Assembly (NCBI RefSeq): GCF_000372725.1 | Contig: NW_005201792.1 | Span: 375,440 to 439,439 of the forward strand | Direction: 5' to 3' | Length of the DNA stretch: 64,000 nt | Origin: Emiliania huxleyi CCMP1516 | Lineage: Eukaryota | Shown: positions 11,317 through 22,678 of the stretch, piece by piece | Numbering within the stretch: position 1 is the first letter of the stretch | Layout of the letters: every line of letters begins with the position of its first letter | Program-made: the position numbers and the translations under genes | Notes under the pieces: generated by a model | Database searches by the model: none | What the model was told of the DNA's origin: nothing | The model's input: the letters and a program-made list of their open reading frames with translations, nothing else

Positions 11317-11909
11317 GTTGTGGTATTGCTAAAAATCTTTCTCTCATGACTCATGTGCACTCTCTCTGCATGTGCATGTTGAGAGAGAGATTTTTAGCAA
11401 TTGTTGTTTTTGTTGCATGTTGTGCATGTGCATGGAATGGGAGAAAAGGGAGAGAGGGCTGGCGTCTCTCTCTCTTGCTTGTTGTATGAGGTGCTCGAGT
11501 GAGGTCCCATGGTCCCTTGCCTACGTCATTGCCTTCGCCGCTTTGTTTGTGTGTTGCCTCCGTCGAAGCCTCCGCCACCCTCGCCTTCCACACCTTGACC
11601 TCCACCAGCTGCCTCCCCCGCCTCCGCCTGCCCGGGGCCGCTGCCGTAGTGCTCCCCGGCGGGCGGGCGGGCGGATGAGGGCCGCGCTCGTCTCCTCTGC
11701 AGCTTCCAGAGAGAGAGAGTCTCTCTCTCTCTCTGCTTCCATGCTATTGGCGCGCAGATACGCGAGAAGAAAGCGTCCGCGCGAGGCGTGCTGAGAGTAA
11801 GGGCAACGGTCCCTAGGTTGAACTTTACGATCGTATCGCCGAAGTGCGAAAAGAATTTGCGACCAATCGCCTTCAAAGAGAGTCGAAGTCGGGTAGTCGG
11901 GTAGGGCCG

Positions 11910-12206
11910 ATGCCTGCTGTCTTTGTCCTGCTGCTGACCCTATTAGGCATCAGCGCCGGCCTGCGCTTGCCAAGGTGTGCGGTCGCCACCTCGAAGCAGG
12001 GCTCGCTCCCCATTCGCGTCGCCGTCCTGCAGGAGCTGCTTCGCGCTCCGCTAGCGAGGATCTCACAGGCAGAGCTGGCTGAGCTCAAGCTGGAGCTGTC
12101 CGAGATGCAGCAGCTCTTAGTCGACCCCGGCGAGCTGGTGGAGGTGTGTGAGCATCCCCACGGCCCGCAGTATGTGCCCAAGGCGATGCGCGGTTTCAGC
12201 GCCTGA
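11910..12206 (+). CDS. Hypothetical small protein with signal peptide
   Basis: MPAVFVLLLTLLGISAGL is signal-like and is followed by a helical segment. Confidence 0.4.
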   Translation: MPAVFVLLLTLLGISAGLRLPRCAVATSKQGSLPIRVAVLQELLRAPLARISQAELAELKLELSEMQQLLVDPGELVEVCEHPHGPQYVPKAMRGFSA

Positions 12207-12458
12207 GAAGAGATCGCTCTCCTGAGGAAGGAGAGTACGGGTATTTTGCAGTCGAACAGGGCGCTCTAAGAGGCGCCCGAACCTGCCTATGTGCCTCCAT
12301 GCGGTGCTGTTATTTGCCCGCAGATCCCGCTCTCGTTCGGAATCGTGCGTGCCGATCGGTGACGGTCTGGACTCTACCGGTGGTGGTGTGTCTGGTGTTT
12401 GTGCATGCGACATTGTGTTGTTAACTGAACCTTATGTGCTCATCCGTTATACCGCACA

Positions 12459-15400
12459 TCAGCCCGGCTCATACGACGGGGACGAGTCCTCGCGTGAGCG
12501 GGGCGAGTCGTAGATCCTCGGCGCCTTGCCGAGCGGCATCTCCTGCCAGCCGTCGATGTCGTGCGCCTGCACTCCTGCGGAGCCGCCACCGCCCGGCAAA
12601 AGTGCCGAGAGTGGGCCCATGCCGAGCGCGGCTGCGGCGACGGCCGCGCGCTCGTCCTCCGAGTCCGCCCACTCCTCCTCGTCCTCCGAGTCTGTGCAGG
12701 CCTCGCACACCACCTCGACGCCGCTCCCAAGCTCGCCCTCGGCGTCCGCAAACACGACGTCCGACGGCGTCGCGCTCGCCTCGCCCGCCACCGCGACGAG
12801 AGACGCGCTCACAACCTCCACCGCCCCTTTCCCTGCCCCCCCTTCCTCCCCCTCCCCCTCCTCCTCCTCCGTCTCGGTCTCGGAACCCTCCGAACCCTCC
12901 GCCCGTGCCACCGCCGCTGCCCGCGCGCTCGTGAACTGCTCGTACCGCGCACGCCGCCGCACCTGCGCCCTCGAGTTGGCGAGCACATGCGCCGCCCTCT
13001 CCATCGCCTCCCGCCGTGCGTGAGCCAGGCTGCTCCCCGCGCCACTCGGGGCCGGGACCGCAGCCTCTTCCGCCGAAGCAAATGCGGCGGGCGGCGGTGC
13101 GGCGGGCGGCGGCGCAGCGGGCGGCGGTGCGGCGGGCGGCGGCGCGGCGGGCGGCATGGCGGGCGGTGGCGGGGCCGACGCAGCGACCTCCGTCAGAGCC
13201 CAGACTGCATCGGCGCCAGAGCCGCTCGACACCCAGAAGGCGGACGGCTGGCGCAGCTCGCGCGAGAGAGCGGCGAGCACGGAGGAACGCTCTGCCCGCC
13301 TCTCGAGCCCGGCAGCAGAGGCGATGGCGCCGACGCGCTGCACGACGGCGTCGCGCCGCAGCGGCCCGCCGCGCAGCGCCGCCGCGATGAGTCCGCGCAA
13401 GCCTCCTGGCGCCGGGTCGGCAAAGTCGACCCGCCAACGCGGCGCTGCAGCCCTCGCCTGCGCCAGCTCGGCTCGCGCCGGCCCGCTCGCCGCGTCGGAG
13501 CCGCTGCGGGCGGCGTCGGTGCTCGAGCCCGCCCCCAGCGCGGCCCTGGCCTGGGCGAGGCCGCGCCAGCGCTGCAGCAGCGCGGTGGCCGCCTCTGCCA
13601 CTGCGCCCCCCTCGTGCTCCTTTCGCACGGCGTTGACTGCCCTGCCGACGCCGGTTGCGCGCAGCAGCTCGACCGTCACTGGCACGGGCCCGAGCTCGGC
13701 GAGGGCGGCGAGGAGGAGCTCCGCCGCCGCGCCAGGTGTGGACAGCCGCGCGACGAGGGCGCGCAGCCGCTTCTCTGCGAGCCCTCCCGCCGGCTTCGGC
13801 GCAGACACCACCCTCGGCTCCAGGGCAGCGGGCAGCGTGTTGCGCGCGCGAGGGGCGGGCAGAGCCGGGGCGTGCAGTGGGCAGAACCACGTCTCGCGCC
13901 CCGCCTCCGCCTCGCTCCTGAAGCCGGCGCACGCCAGGCACGCCCAGCGCGTGCAGCCGCCGGCGTCGCACCCGACGGAGGGCGTCACCACCTCGCCCGC
14001 CTCGTCGTCGAGCAAAGTGCCGCACCGGCAGCAAGTGGACTCCTGAGCAGGCGGCGCCGCCACTCCGGCCGGCCGCTCCTCGCCGTCCTCGTCGATCGGC
14101 TCGATGACGAACTCGCCGCCCTGCGCCCCGCCGCCACCCAACGCCGCCGCCGCCGTGCGCTCCTCGCGCTCCTTCTCCTCGGACTGCCACGCGTCATCGG
14201 CGGCCTGGTCGAAGTCCTCCTCGGGCCGCGCGGCGGCGGGCGGCGGCGCGGCAGGCGGGAGCGCCCGGAAGCGCGCGTCGAGGGAAGCGATGGCTCGGCG
14301 TCGCTCCGCACAGAACGCCTCACTCGGCAGCGCCACCTGCTCCGCAAACTTCTCGAGCTCCTGCAGAGGGGAGGGGAGCCCCTTGTCTGGAATGGCGAGG
14401 GCGGCGGCGGTGGCCACCGTGGCGCGGCGGAGGCGCGGGCACGCCAGGCGTGCCGCGTCACACCTCCCTCGCAAAGGGCTCATTTGAGGCGTGCGCGAGC
14501 GGGAAGGAGCGGCACGAAGCGCCGATGCGCAGCTCGAGCTCAAGCCTGCGGGTATGCACGGGGAGCGCGGAGCGGGAGGGTGGGGGGGGGGAGGACGCGG
14601 CGGCGGGAGGCGTGCGCCGAGGGGCGTCGGGCGGCGGGGCGGCGGCGCCTGGTCGAGGCCTGCCCTCGCGCCGACTCGGAGGAGTGGAGCGCCGCGCCTT
14701 GCCGCATGTGGACGAGCTCCGCCGCCCGGTGCACAGACTCGCCTCGCGCCGTGCCGATGAAGACTCGCACGAGGCAACCGGCGAGGGTCGAGGGGAGCGC
14801 GGCGACCAGCGCGCTGCCGGCCGGGCCAGCGAGCGCCCCGCTCGCCCACCGCTCCAGGTGCGCCTACATCTCGGGCCAATCTCGCGTCATCAGTCTCGGA
14901 CCACGCTGCGGCTGGTCGTCTCCCCGCAGCGAGGTGCGCCCGCGAGACGCGCGCGCCCTCGAGCGCCGCGCGCGTCGCCGCGCTCAGAGGCTCGCGCGGC
15001 GGCTCGTACAGCGGCTCGTCGAAGCGGGGCTTGCCTCCGTGCCGCCGCACCAGCGCGAGCAGGGGCGTGTAGATGCCAGGAGGGTGGCGCGACGAGCGGA
15101 GCGGAAGCGAGGGAGGCAGCGTCCGAGCTCCGAACCACTCGTTCAGTTGCGAGGCCTCGAACGGGCCCTGGACCGCCTGCCTCTCATCCTTGTAGTACCA
15201 GAGCACTCGGCCGGCGGCGGCGGCGACTGCCGCGGCTGCTTCGGAGAGGGCGGCGCTGGAGGCGGCGCCGGAGTTCTTGAGGGCGGTGCCAGAGGTGGCG
15301 GCGCTGGAGGTAGCGGGGAGGGCGGCGCTGGAGGTGGCGGGCTGGGGCTCAAGAGTGGCGTGCGCCGCGGCGACGACCGCCTCAATCTCCGCCGCGGCCG

Positions 15401-15908
15401 TGGCTGTGTCGGGCGGTGGAGGCGAGAGCTCGGCCGCGGCGGCGCTGGCGGAGGCGGTGCCAAGCGCCAAGCCGCAGCGAACCACGACTTCCGGGCCGCC
15501 AGCCTCGAGGGGCAGCTCGACCGTCGCAATCTCGTGCATCACGACCGAGGCGCCTCCGGGAAGCTTGAGCACACCGACACGCCCGCGCTCAGCCATGAAG
15601 GCGCCGAGCCGCACCAGCCGTCGCAAGTCGGCCTCTCGGGCTTTGGCTGTGCGCACACTGAGCTCGAACGAGTGCCATCCGTTCGAGGAAAGCAGGCGCT
15701 CCCTCTCGTGGGGAACCGGCTCCCCCAACGCGCTCAGGTACCGACGCTCTCTCTCCTCGACCGCAGAGCGCTTGAAGAGGACCATTCGTATCTCCTCGGG
15801 AAGGATGGCAGCCGATGTGGCGGAGGAGGAGAGCTTGCACACGCGCTTCCATCCGTCGTCGCTTGCACTCGAATGTGTGTAGAGCCAACCCCGCCATTTG
15901 TCCGTCAT
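12459..15908 (-). CDS. Chromatin/transcription protein: SPOC-like + GYF + PHD + TFIIS N-terminal + HARE-HTH-like
   Basis: WRGWL..MAERGRVGVLKL (SPOC-like); WYYKD..VQGPF..QLNEWF (GYF); CCRC..VGCDAGGCTRWACLAC..WFCPLH (PHD); VTVELLRATGVGRAVNAVRK..LLQRWR (TFIIS_N). Probable intron(s) near 14460-14870. Confidence 0.75.
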   Translation of the reverse strand: MTDKWRGWLYTHSSASDDGWKRVCKLSSSATSAAILPEEIRMVLFKRSAVEERERRYLSALGEPVPHERERLLSSNGWHSFELSVRTAKAREADLRRLVRLGAFMAERGRVGVLKLPGGASVVMHEIATVELPLEAGGPEVVVRCGLALGTASASAAAAELSPPPPDTATAAAEIEAVVAAAHATLEPQPATSSAALPATSSAATSGTALKNSGAASSAALSEAAAAVAAAAGRVLWYYKDERQAVQGPFEASQLNEWFGARTLPPSLPLRSSRHPPGIYTPLLALVRRHGGKPRFDEPLYEPPREPLSAATRAALEGARVSRAHLAAGRRPAAAWSETDDARLARDVGAPGAVGERGARWPGRQRAGRRAPLDPRRLPRASLHRHGARRVCAPGGGARPHAARRGAPLLRVGARAGLDQAPPPRRPTPLGARLPPPRPPPPHPPAPRSPCIPAGLSSSCASALRAAPSRSRTPQMSPLRGRCDAARLACPRLRRATVATAAALAIPDKGLPSPLQELEKFAEQVALPSEAFCAERRRAIASLDARFRALPPAAPPPAAARPEEDFDQAADDAWQSEEKEREERTAAAALGGGGAQGGEFVIEPIDEDGEERPAGVAAPPAQESTCCRCGTLLDDEAGEVVTPSVGCDAGGCTRWACLACAGFRSEAEAGRETWFCPLHAPALPAPRARNTLPAALEPRVVSAPKPAGGLAEKRLRALVARLSTPGAAAELLLAALAELGPVPVTVELLRATGVGRAVNAVRKEHEGGAVAEAATALLQRWRGLAQARAALGAGSSTDAARSGSDAASGPARAELAQARAAAPRWRVDFADPAPGGLRGLIAAALRGGPLRRDAVVQRVGAIASAAGLERRAERSSVLAALSRELRQPSAFWVSSGSGADAVWALTEVAASAPPPPAMPPAAPPPAAPPPAAPPPAAPPPAAFASAEEAAVPAPSGAGSSLAHARREAMERAAHVLANSRAQVRRRARYEQFTSARAAAVARAEGSEGSETETEEEEGEGEEGGAGKGAVEVVSASLVAVAGEASATPSDVVFADAEGELGSGVEVVCEACTDSEDEEEWADSEDERAAVAAAALGMGPLSALLPGGGGSAGVQAHDIDGWQEMPLGKAPRIYDSPRSREDSSPSYEPG

Positions 15909-16586
15909 TGCGGATGGGTCTCGCGCGAGCAATAAGTTACGTTAAGTTCACGTGGCTTGGGTCCCCGTGGCTCTTAAAAGTGGGCTGTTTAATTAAGAGC
16001 TGCCCGGGCCGTTTGAGCTGCCCCCCTCCCCGCCCCCCGCCCCCACCCCCCTTCCCCCATCAACAACACTGGGTTCCGGCTCCAAGCCAGATAGGGGGCT
16101 TTGTTGACCCCCGTGTGGACACCCCTATGAAAGTCTCTCTCTCTCCCCTATGGCCAAGCCTATACAACAGGTAGGTATGTCCGGTTTTGACCGCCACGGA
16201 GGGCCCTGCAACAGGTAGGTACCCCTATTTTCGTCTTTTTTCGCTTCGCTGCGCGGCCTGGGGATAGGTAGGTAGGGCGTTTCGGCGCTCGATGTTCACA
16301 GCCTTGTTATGAGAAGAAAATACGTCCTATGGCGCTATGCGCTGGTCTGTGAGAGGTTGAGGTGCGAGCCCTGGAGGCCCTGGGGATGGGGGGAGACTAC
16401 CCGCGGGCCTAGAAGGCCCGCGCGTTCACACCACCCACTACCGGGTATCTCCCAGGCGCCTCCGTTTCGTTCACGTGTGTCCGAGCGCCTCTTTCACTCG
16501 CTCTGCAGGCACCGATGGTCCCCCGGGGGGGCTCAGTTGAAGATCGGTGGGTATCTCCGACTATCTGCCGAGACCCCTGTCGGCAA

Positions 16587-19500
16587 ATGCTAACGACACG
16601 CCGTGCCTTCGCAGCGCTCCTCGCCCTGATCGCTGGACTCGCCTGGAAGCAGCCCGGTGTTACGCGAGCAGCGAGCGATTCAGACCATGCGGCGGCGGAT
16701 CGCACCACACTGACGAGGACGCTCTCCCGACGAGATCGTGAGCTGGAAGAGCTCGAGGCGCGGATCGCTATGCTGAAGGCGCGGTACGCTGATAGATTGG
16801 CCACGCTCAAGGCAGCCAAAACGACACCTGGAAACCGAAACACAAGCTTTCCGGGGGACTCCGGTCTGCTCGCTCGTGAAGTCGTCGCTGCTGCTGCGTT
16901 GGTGATGCTCGCCGCGGCAGCCGCATTCTGGCCAGCTACAGACGATGCACGGCTGCAGCGGTGGACCCTTACCATCAAAAATCCCGCGCTCGAGGCACGC
17001 TTCACTGGTGATGCGTTCCGCTCCGCCTACTCGCCTCTCGTTGTCTTCCTGGCGTGCTGAAGAGACGCCGAGCGCATCCTGTGCCGCACACCACTGAGTG
17101 ACGCGTGTCTTTCTCTGCTCTTGCATAGGTGGTCTGGTCCGCGTTGTATACAGCCCTTGCCGTGGGATTCCCGGCCATCCGAGAAGCCGGGATGGCGACC
17201 GCTCTCGCCGGAGTCGTGTTGGCCGTCGCTCGCCGGAGGACGGGCCGCATGGCGGACCAGCAGCGGGCGCGCGCGCTGTTTGGCCTCGCGCTCAATGCCA
17301 CGGCGGTTGTGGGCTGGGCCGCGCTGCTGCTCCTCTTCCGGCTCCACCCGCCCGAGCCGAGGCACCCCGGCCTGGTGGTGGTGGTTGCGCTGATGCGGTG
17401 CCTCGTCTCTCTCTACCTGCGCCACTCGGCCACCCCGTGGCAGCCGCGCGCCGCAGTCTCCGAACCCTCTATGATGAGCCTTCTCGGCACCTTCCTGTAC
17501 ACAGGCCATCCCGTGGCAGTCGCGCGCCGCATACGCCGCAACCAACGCGAGACGCGGGCAGAGCGGGCAGAGCTGTGACGGCCCGCACGCTGAGAGCCGT
17601 CGAGGTTCGGTGTGCAGGCGATCGGGAGCGCCGTGCTGCCGCAGCTGTCTGTGCTCGGCCGGCCAGCGGAGCCTCTCCTGCTGGGCGGGGCGGCTCCTGC
17701 TCGGCGAGGTCTCCCGAGGTCGCGGTGCCACCGCCTCGAGGTGTCGCGTAGGCGGAGCACTACTGCTCGGCGAGGCGGCAGGCTACCTCCTCGAGCGGCG
17801 CATGCGACTCGCCTTCCTCGAGCGAGCCGCCGCCGCCGGGCAGTTGCTCGCCCCCGCTGCGCCGCCGCCGCTCGAGCCGTGGACGTGCGCCCCAATGAGA
17901 GAGACACACCGGCGGCGCGCCAGGGAGCGCACACGCCACTCGACCGCTGCGCTTCTCCCTGTCCCGGCAGGCTCCAGTTCGTCGACCGGGACATGGAGGC
18001 GCAGTACACGTCCAAGGCCTTCCGCTCTGCCTTTTTGCCGTTCCTGGTCTTCCTCGGCATGTGCGAGCCGCCTTCGAGCTGGTCCTCGCTGCCAGGCTCG
18101 CAGCCTCCCACGAGCCTTCCACGTACTTCCGACAGGTGTGCCGCGTTCGACTTGGCCCTCTCCTGCGTCCTCCAGAACGACTTCTTGCTCGACGAGCTCT
18201 GCGGCGAGCTCGTCTGGCTCGCATCCTTGGCGGGTGCGCGCTGGCGGGCAGACCGCATGCACGACCAGCAGCGCGCCCGTTTGCTCTTTGGTCGCACGCT
18301 GGTCGGCCTGACGGTGGTGCTGGTCGCCGCCATGCTCCTCCTCCACCCGCCCACGGGCAGCATCTACCCGCTCCACTTCTTCGTCTTTAACGAGGCGCTG
18401 CTCCTGCTGCTGTCCGTCGTCTACCTGCGCTACTCGGCCATCTTGGACGCGCACCGCTTCGCGTGGATCGCAGTCGTCGTGGCTGGCTTCACCTTGTCGC
18501 CGCCCGTCACGGAGATCGGCCACCCGGGCGAGCCTCTGCTGATCGGAGGCGAGATGTGGCCGAGATGTGACCGAGATGTGGCCGAGATGTGGCCGAGATG
18601 TCGCCGAGCCGCTGCTGATCGGAGGCACTACTGGGTGATCCCCGCTCGGCCACCTGAGATCACCCGAGATCACCCGAGAGATTAGGCGCGCTGATGCTCG
18701 GCGAGGCGCTCGGCTACCTGATGGAGCAGCACGTGCGCCTCGCCCTCGAGACCCGTCCACGACATGTCCACGGCATGTCCGCATGCTCACGGCGTGACGC
18801 ATCCACGCACCTAAACCCTAGGTCCGCTTCGCGTTTCTGGATCGAGATGCGGCCGCCCTCCCGCCGCCGCTTTCAGCCAACGACATCGTCATCGACCGCG
18901 TCCTCGGCAGGGGCGGCCAAGGCACGGTCTACGCGGGCCGCTGGCTCGGCATACAAGTCGCCCTCAAGGTGAGATCTCACACTATCTCCCGCGATCTCCC
19001 ACAATCTCCGCATACACGTCGCCCTCAAGGTGACGGCGGAGAGGGCGGGCGGTGCCAGCTCGCAGCTAGCTCGCAGCCTTCCCCCTCTGCTTTCCGTGCA
19101 TCGGTCACCCTCTCGCCTCACCCTCTCACCCCCTCCCCCCCCTCCCCCCCCCTCCCCCTCCCCCCCCCTTCCCCTCCCCCACTCCCCCCCCACTCGCCCC
19201 TCGCAGGTGACGCGCGGCGGGCAGACCTCGCGGCGGCTGCAGGACGAGGCGCGCCTCCTCGCCCGGCTCCGCCACCCGTCGATCTGTACCCTCTTCGGCG
19301 CCACAACCTTGTCGGGCGGCGGCGGCGCGCTCGTGCTCGAGCTGATGCAGACCTCGCTCAGCGAGCTGCTCAGGCGGGGCGAGCCCCTCCGGGCGGGGCT
19401 GGCGGCCAGGATCGCGGCCGAGGTTGCGACGGGCATCTCCTTCTTGCACGGCAACGGCGTCATGCACCGCGACATCAAGCCGAGCAACGTGCTCCTCGAT

Positions 19501-20068
19501 ACGGAGTACCACGCAAAGGTGGCCGACTTTGGCATCGCGCGGCTCGTGGGCAGCTGCGGCGCCGCCTCTGCGAGCGACGCGTCGACGGCGCCGGTCTCCA
19601 GTTCCGGTGCCGAGGCGGCACTCTACACGTCGGGCGTCGGCACGGAGCGCGCTTGATGCCGCCGCGCCGGGAGGGGCGTCTCTTTACAGCGCGACGCTGT
19701 GAGCAGGCACGAAGCGCTTCATGGCGCCAGAGGTGCGCGCCCAGCCTCGTGGCGCATCTGGACAGGCGCCCGTGGCGGGCTACGACGAGCGGTGCGACAC
19801 CTTTTCGTACGGGATGCTGCTCTGGTCCCTCATGCACGAGGTGGCCGTCCCGCCCTCGTCCGCGTCGCGGCCGCCGCTGAGCCTCTCGCCCGACCGCGCC
19901 GTCTACTCGGACCTCATCACTCGCTGCTGGCAGCAAGACCCGGGTCTGCGACCGAGCATGCAGGTGGTGGCCGCCGAGACCATCGCGGCCGCAGAGACTA
20001 GCGGCCTCGCGTTGTGGGAGCCCGCCGCGTCGCCCGCGATAGACAGCAGCGTGCGGGAACCGGGATGA
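16587..20068 (+). CDS. Multi-transmembrane protein with C-terminal TKL-type protein kinase (multi-exon)
   Basis: LGRGGQGTVYAGRW..VALK, HRDIKPSNVLL, DFG, RFMAPE and DTFSYG kinase motifs, preceded by two similar hydrophobic modules. Confidence 0.8.
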
Positions 20069-20206
20069 TTGGTTGGACGTTTCCGGCGAGTCTGCTGCAC
20101 TCCCTGCACATGACTTACGACACGACTAGAGCGGAGAGAGAGGTCGTCAGTTTGTAGTTTATGCAGTAGCACGCTTAAAACGCACACTGGCACACACCCC
20201 TCCAGA

Positions 20207-20207
<1 letters not shown>

Positions 20208-20240
<33 letters not shown>
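20208..20240. repeat. (CA)n microsatellite
   Basis: Direct. Confidence 0.95.
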
Positions 20241-20241
<1 letters not shown>

Positions 20242-20311
20242 GTCACACTAACGCTGGATTAGACTTAAGAGACATCAGTCAGAGAGACGCCGCGGCCGCC
20301 CCACACCGTTC

Positions 20312-20625
20312 CAGTGCTTGCCATTTACTGGTAAATGTGTGGTATTCACCACTTATTTGATTCTCCTGGGGAGTGGTATGGTATGAGCAGATAGTGGTAT
20401 GGTGAAATACGAAACTCCGTGGCAATTTTTGGGCTCTGAGCCGAGTCTGGGCTGGTTTGCGGCCAAATTCAGCAAAAGGGCAAAATACCGGTATTTTGCC
20501 GATTTCTCCGATTTTTGTCAGATTTTGCCTCAGAAGTCGTGGTAAATCTTACCACCGTTTGATTGTTTTGGCCGTAGAGTGTTTGGTTGTTCTGGGTGGG
20601 CTATACCAGTAAATGGCAAGCACTG
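20312..20625. mobile_element. hAT-like MITE (314 bp)
   Basis: Perfect 22-bp TIR CAGTGCTTGCCATTTACTGGTA (20312-20333 / 20604-20625). Flanks CACCGTTC / CACCGTTG give an 8-bp TSD with 1 mismatch. Confidence 0.85.
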
Positions 20626-21031
20626 CACCGTTGCTTCGTGTGCGTGATTAGCCGTGAAAAGCTTATCTGCTGACCAGAGCGGCGGACTTCTCTTGCGACT
20701 TGCCCCTTGGTTGCGGCACGATGAGCGAGACCTGCTGCGGCATCGGTGTTGGCGAATAGGGACCTGCCGCTACGCGCTAGGGACCCGCCGCCGCTAGCAG
20801 GCCGCTAGCGGATTGCGCGGCTCTGGACTGGTCGGCTCCCACGATCGCGGCGTACCTGTTTCCTTTGCGTCCCTTTTGTCGCTTTTGCTGCCCCTCTTTG
20901 CCCCCTTTTCCCTCGCCGCGTAACTTGCACCCCTTTTGAAAAGTTTTAATGTATTTCTTTAAACCCATTTTCTACTCTCCTGAGCTGTGAACAGACGCAC
21001 TTTGGGCTTTACACGTTTTTCTCGCCAAGTA

Positions 21032-21470
21032 CTATCTATATTCTTTTGCTGATATTCTCCCCAGACCCTCTATATTCTCGAGAATATTCTCGAATATTGA
21101 GAATATTATATTTTTACCACGCGGCAGGTCGACGGAGGCCAAAAACCGCTCTAAAGTAGAGGTTTTGTGCTCCCAAACCGCCGAGGAACGTCCGAAACTT
21201 AAATTTTCCGTCTGCGTCGACCCAAAACCTACTGTTGAGGTGCAAAAGAGCTGTTCCGAGAAGCTCTAGTCAAGACCGTTCTAGACGCCGCGATTGTAAC
21301 GTCGAGAATATTCAAGCATATCTTGAGACTCCGAGGTCAATCAAGGTCAAGGGCTGAAGAAAGCTCGTATATTCTTGAGAAAAAAGCCGGCCGGGGCATC
21401 TATGTTCTCGAGAATATTCTCGAATACGAAAGTGCGCGGGACCCTCTATATTCTCAAAGATATTCGAATA
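21032..21470. repeat. Cluster of TATATTCTCGAGAATATTCTCG-type palindromic repeats, probable transposon remnant
   Basis: Repeats near 21072, 21302, 21405 and 21440; AT-rich relative to the genome. Confidence 0.55.
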
Positions 21471-22678
21471 TGGTGTCAGGGCCAAGACGCACTTGCATTC
21501 GCGCTTCGCCTTCGGGGGCAAGTACCAAATCCGCCAGGTTGGGCGTGCTTTCACAGCCTCACGAGAGTACCTTTTTTCTGCCTTTCGTGGTGTACCCTCA
21601 TTTCGGGATGCGGTCGGGTCGGCCCAATGTCCACGTTTGGAGCACTTGGAGCACCTGGAGTCGGCGCTTATGACCGCGCAAGACATAAAGGGTGGCTAAG
21701 GGCTCTGCACGCAAGGCACCCGCGTCGCAGACGCGGTACCATTGACAAATCTGCAATATACCCCCAGAGCAAATAGCAAAATCCGAATACCGTGCACAAA
21801 AGGGGCGATGTCGGACGCAAGCCTTCACCTGGGGGTACAAGACATAAAATTGAAAGAACCTCCGCGACATCCGTGCTTTCTTGAGGGGAGCCGCTGATCG
21901 AGCCCAGCGTGCCCGCGGCCGCCTCCCGCGCAGCACCGCCGCTGGGGACGACACGCTGCGGAATCGGATCGAGCCCATGGAGGAGGAGGGCGCAGTCGGC
22001 GAATGGGTGGGAGGAGGGAGGGCGCAGTCGACGTTGTCGTGTCTGATTCAGAGGAGGAGTTGGAGGTGCTCCGGCAACCTGGCCTGATTCAGAAGCTCGC
22101 CACCGTTGTCACTCAACGTGCGTCATGCGTGATCGAGCTTGAGGGAGGAGCTCCGCTAACGATTCGGCCGGCAACCCAACGCCGCCCATACCCGCCACCC
22201 ACAAAGCGCCTGCTCTACTATCCCGTACCACCCGCTTACTTTCCACTGATCATGCCCGTGATAGCACCACGGTAGTTGTGACCCCCCTCGCTGAGTGAGT
22301 GAGGAGCAGGAGAGAGAGAGCTTTTGTGGTGTTGGTGTACGCAATAACGGGACAGGGTGGTTGTCTCCCCTTCTACGTTCTAGCTCTTAGCATGAAGCTG
22401 CGCCCTGTGTCCAACCCCTTTTGCGCAGCAACACCTTAAACTTTTAGGCCCTCCAAATTCGGGTCGGAGCGTAGCGGACGGAGTGGGCCCCGAGTTTGAA
22501 AAGGGCGACGGACGCTTGCGTCCTAGCCTCCAACAACGCCTCCCCGGCGCAGAGAGAGGGGCCCCCGGAGGGATGCTCAACCGCCCCACGCCATGCCGCT
22601 TGCGGCGGTCCTATTCCCAGCTCCGCTGTGGGCCGTGCACGTCCCGTTATTCCTTTTTCGAGTGAAAATTCTTTTGGC

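Noticed and set aside
12561..15935. 1124-aa plus-strand ORF, and similar long Arg/Ala-rich ORFs such as 1651-3447 and 40474-41949
   Set aside because: Antisense or off-frame shadows of real genes in GC-rich DNA.
21590..21686. Gag zinc knuckle CSKCSKRGHW
   Set aside because: The fourth ligand is missing and CSKCSK derives from the CTCCAAGTG DNA repeat.
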